Source: Azolla caroliniana
Lineage: Eukaryota; Plantae; Polypodiophyta
Assembly (NCBI GenBank): GCA_043228905.1
Contig: JBHGNT010000002.1
Span: 25,296,001 to 25,360,000, forward strand
Direction: 5' to 3'
Length of the DNA: 64,000 nt
In this document: piece by piece, positions 63,572 to 64,000 of the stretch
Numbering within the stretch: the stretch's first letter is position 1
How the letters are laid out: every line of letters begins with the position of its first letter
Notes under the pieces: model-generated
The model's database searches: none
What the model was told of the DNA's origin: nothing
What the model saw: the letters and a program-made list of their open reading frames with translations, nothing else
Program-made: the position numbers and the translations under genes

Positions 63572-64000
63572 ATGATGCTGAGGAAGAAGAAGAAGAAGAA
63601 CAACAAGAGACCCCTCCTCCTCCTCCCTCTTCTTCCATCTCCATCTCCTCCTCCTCCTCCTCCTCCTCCTCCTCACCTTCTTTCCCCTTCCCTCAAATCC
63701 CTCTCTTCTTCTTCTAACACCACCAAACCATCGCCATCGCCATCGCCATCGCCACAGCAGCAACAACAACAGCCCTCCTCCTCTTCTCCTTCTCCCTCTA
63801 CTCCCACAAAGAAGAAGAAACTCCTCCAAATCATCCTCAACACCCCTAACCCTAACCCTAACCCTAATTTCCCTACTCCTAACCCTAACCCTAACCCTAA
63901 TTCTACTTCTTGGTTCCTCTCTTCCCCCTCCTCCTCCTCCTCCTCCTCTTTCCCTGCTTCTCCCCCTCCCCCTCCCCCACCCACCCTCCCTCCCCCTCAT
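63572..64000 (+). CDS. Possible first exon of a host gene: low-complexity Pro/Ser/Lys/Gln/Asn-rich N-terminus, open to the window end
   Basis: ATG ATG CTG AGG AAG...; stop-free frame MMLRKKKKKNNKRP...HLLSPSLKSL...QQQQQQ...PNPNPN..., preceded by a (GAA)n leader like that of the TLP gene. No recognisable domain. Confidence 0.4.
   Translation, partial: MMLRKKKKKNNKRPLLLLPLLPSPSPPPPPPPPPHLLSPSLKSLSSSSNTTKPSPSPSPSPQQQQQQPSSSSPSPSTPTKKKKLLQIILNTPNPNPNPNFPTPNPNPNPNSTSWFLSSPSSSSSSSFPASPPPPPPPTLPPPH

Noticed and set aside
63844-63900. (CCCTAA)n telomere-like repeats
   Set aside because: Only two runs of 3-4 units inside a low-complexity ORF (Pro-Asn repeats); not the plant CCCTAAA telomere array.

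Overview
Eukaryotic plant nuclear DNA; a non-seed plant such as a fern is my inference from gene style and transposon lineages. A core of three spliced host genes lies at about 21.4-32.0 kb: a Tubby-like F-box protein (+), nuclear-encoded mitochondrial ribosomal protein L20 (+), and an At1g32220-like NAD(P)-binding Rossmann/SDR protein (-). Transposon-dense blocks flank this core. The left block holds three related Ty3/gypsy copies, two with a tRNA-Trp primer site. One is full-length (4677-11652) and has a gag-pro/pol split at a candidate -1 frameshift signal. A truncated Tork-like copia element follows. The right block holds a non-autonomous hAT element containing a MULE with a tandemly duplicated transposase segment, and scrambled intronless Cullin-1 and PPR fragments. 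It also holds a decayed L1 LINE whose ORF2 has expanded into 28 near-identical 227-bp copies with higher-order structure, an inverted LINE fragment, an internally deleted copia element with a nested solo LTR, and a chromovirus remnant with a hAT MITE. A low-complexity ORF runs off the right end. The most notable signals are the nascent satellite inside the LINE, the recoding and priming features of the gypsy family, and repeated microhomology-bounded tandem duplications in unrelated transposons. All coordinates and identities were read by eye, with no database searches.
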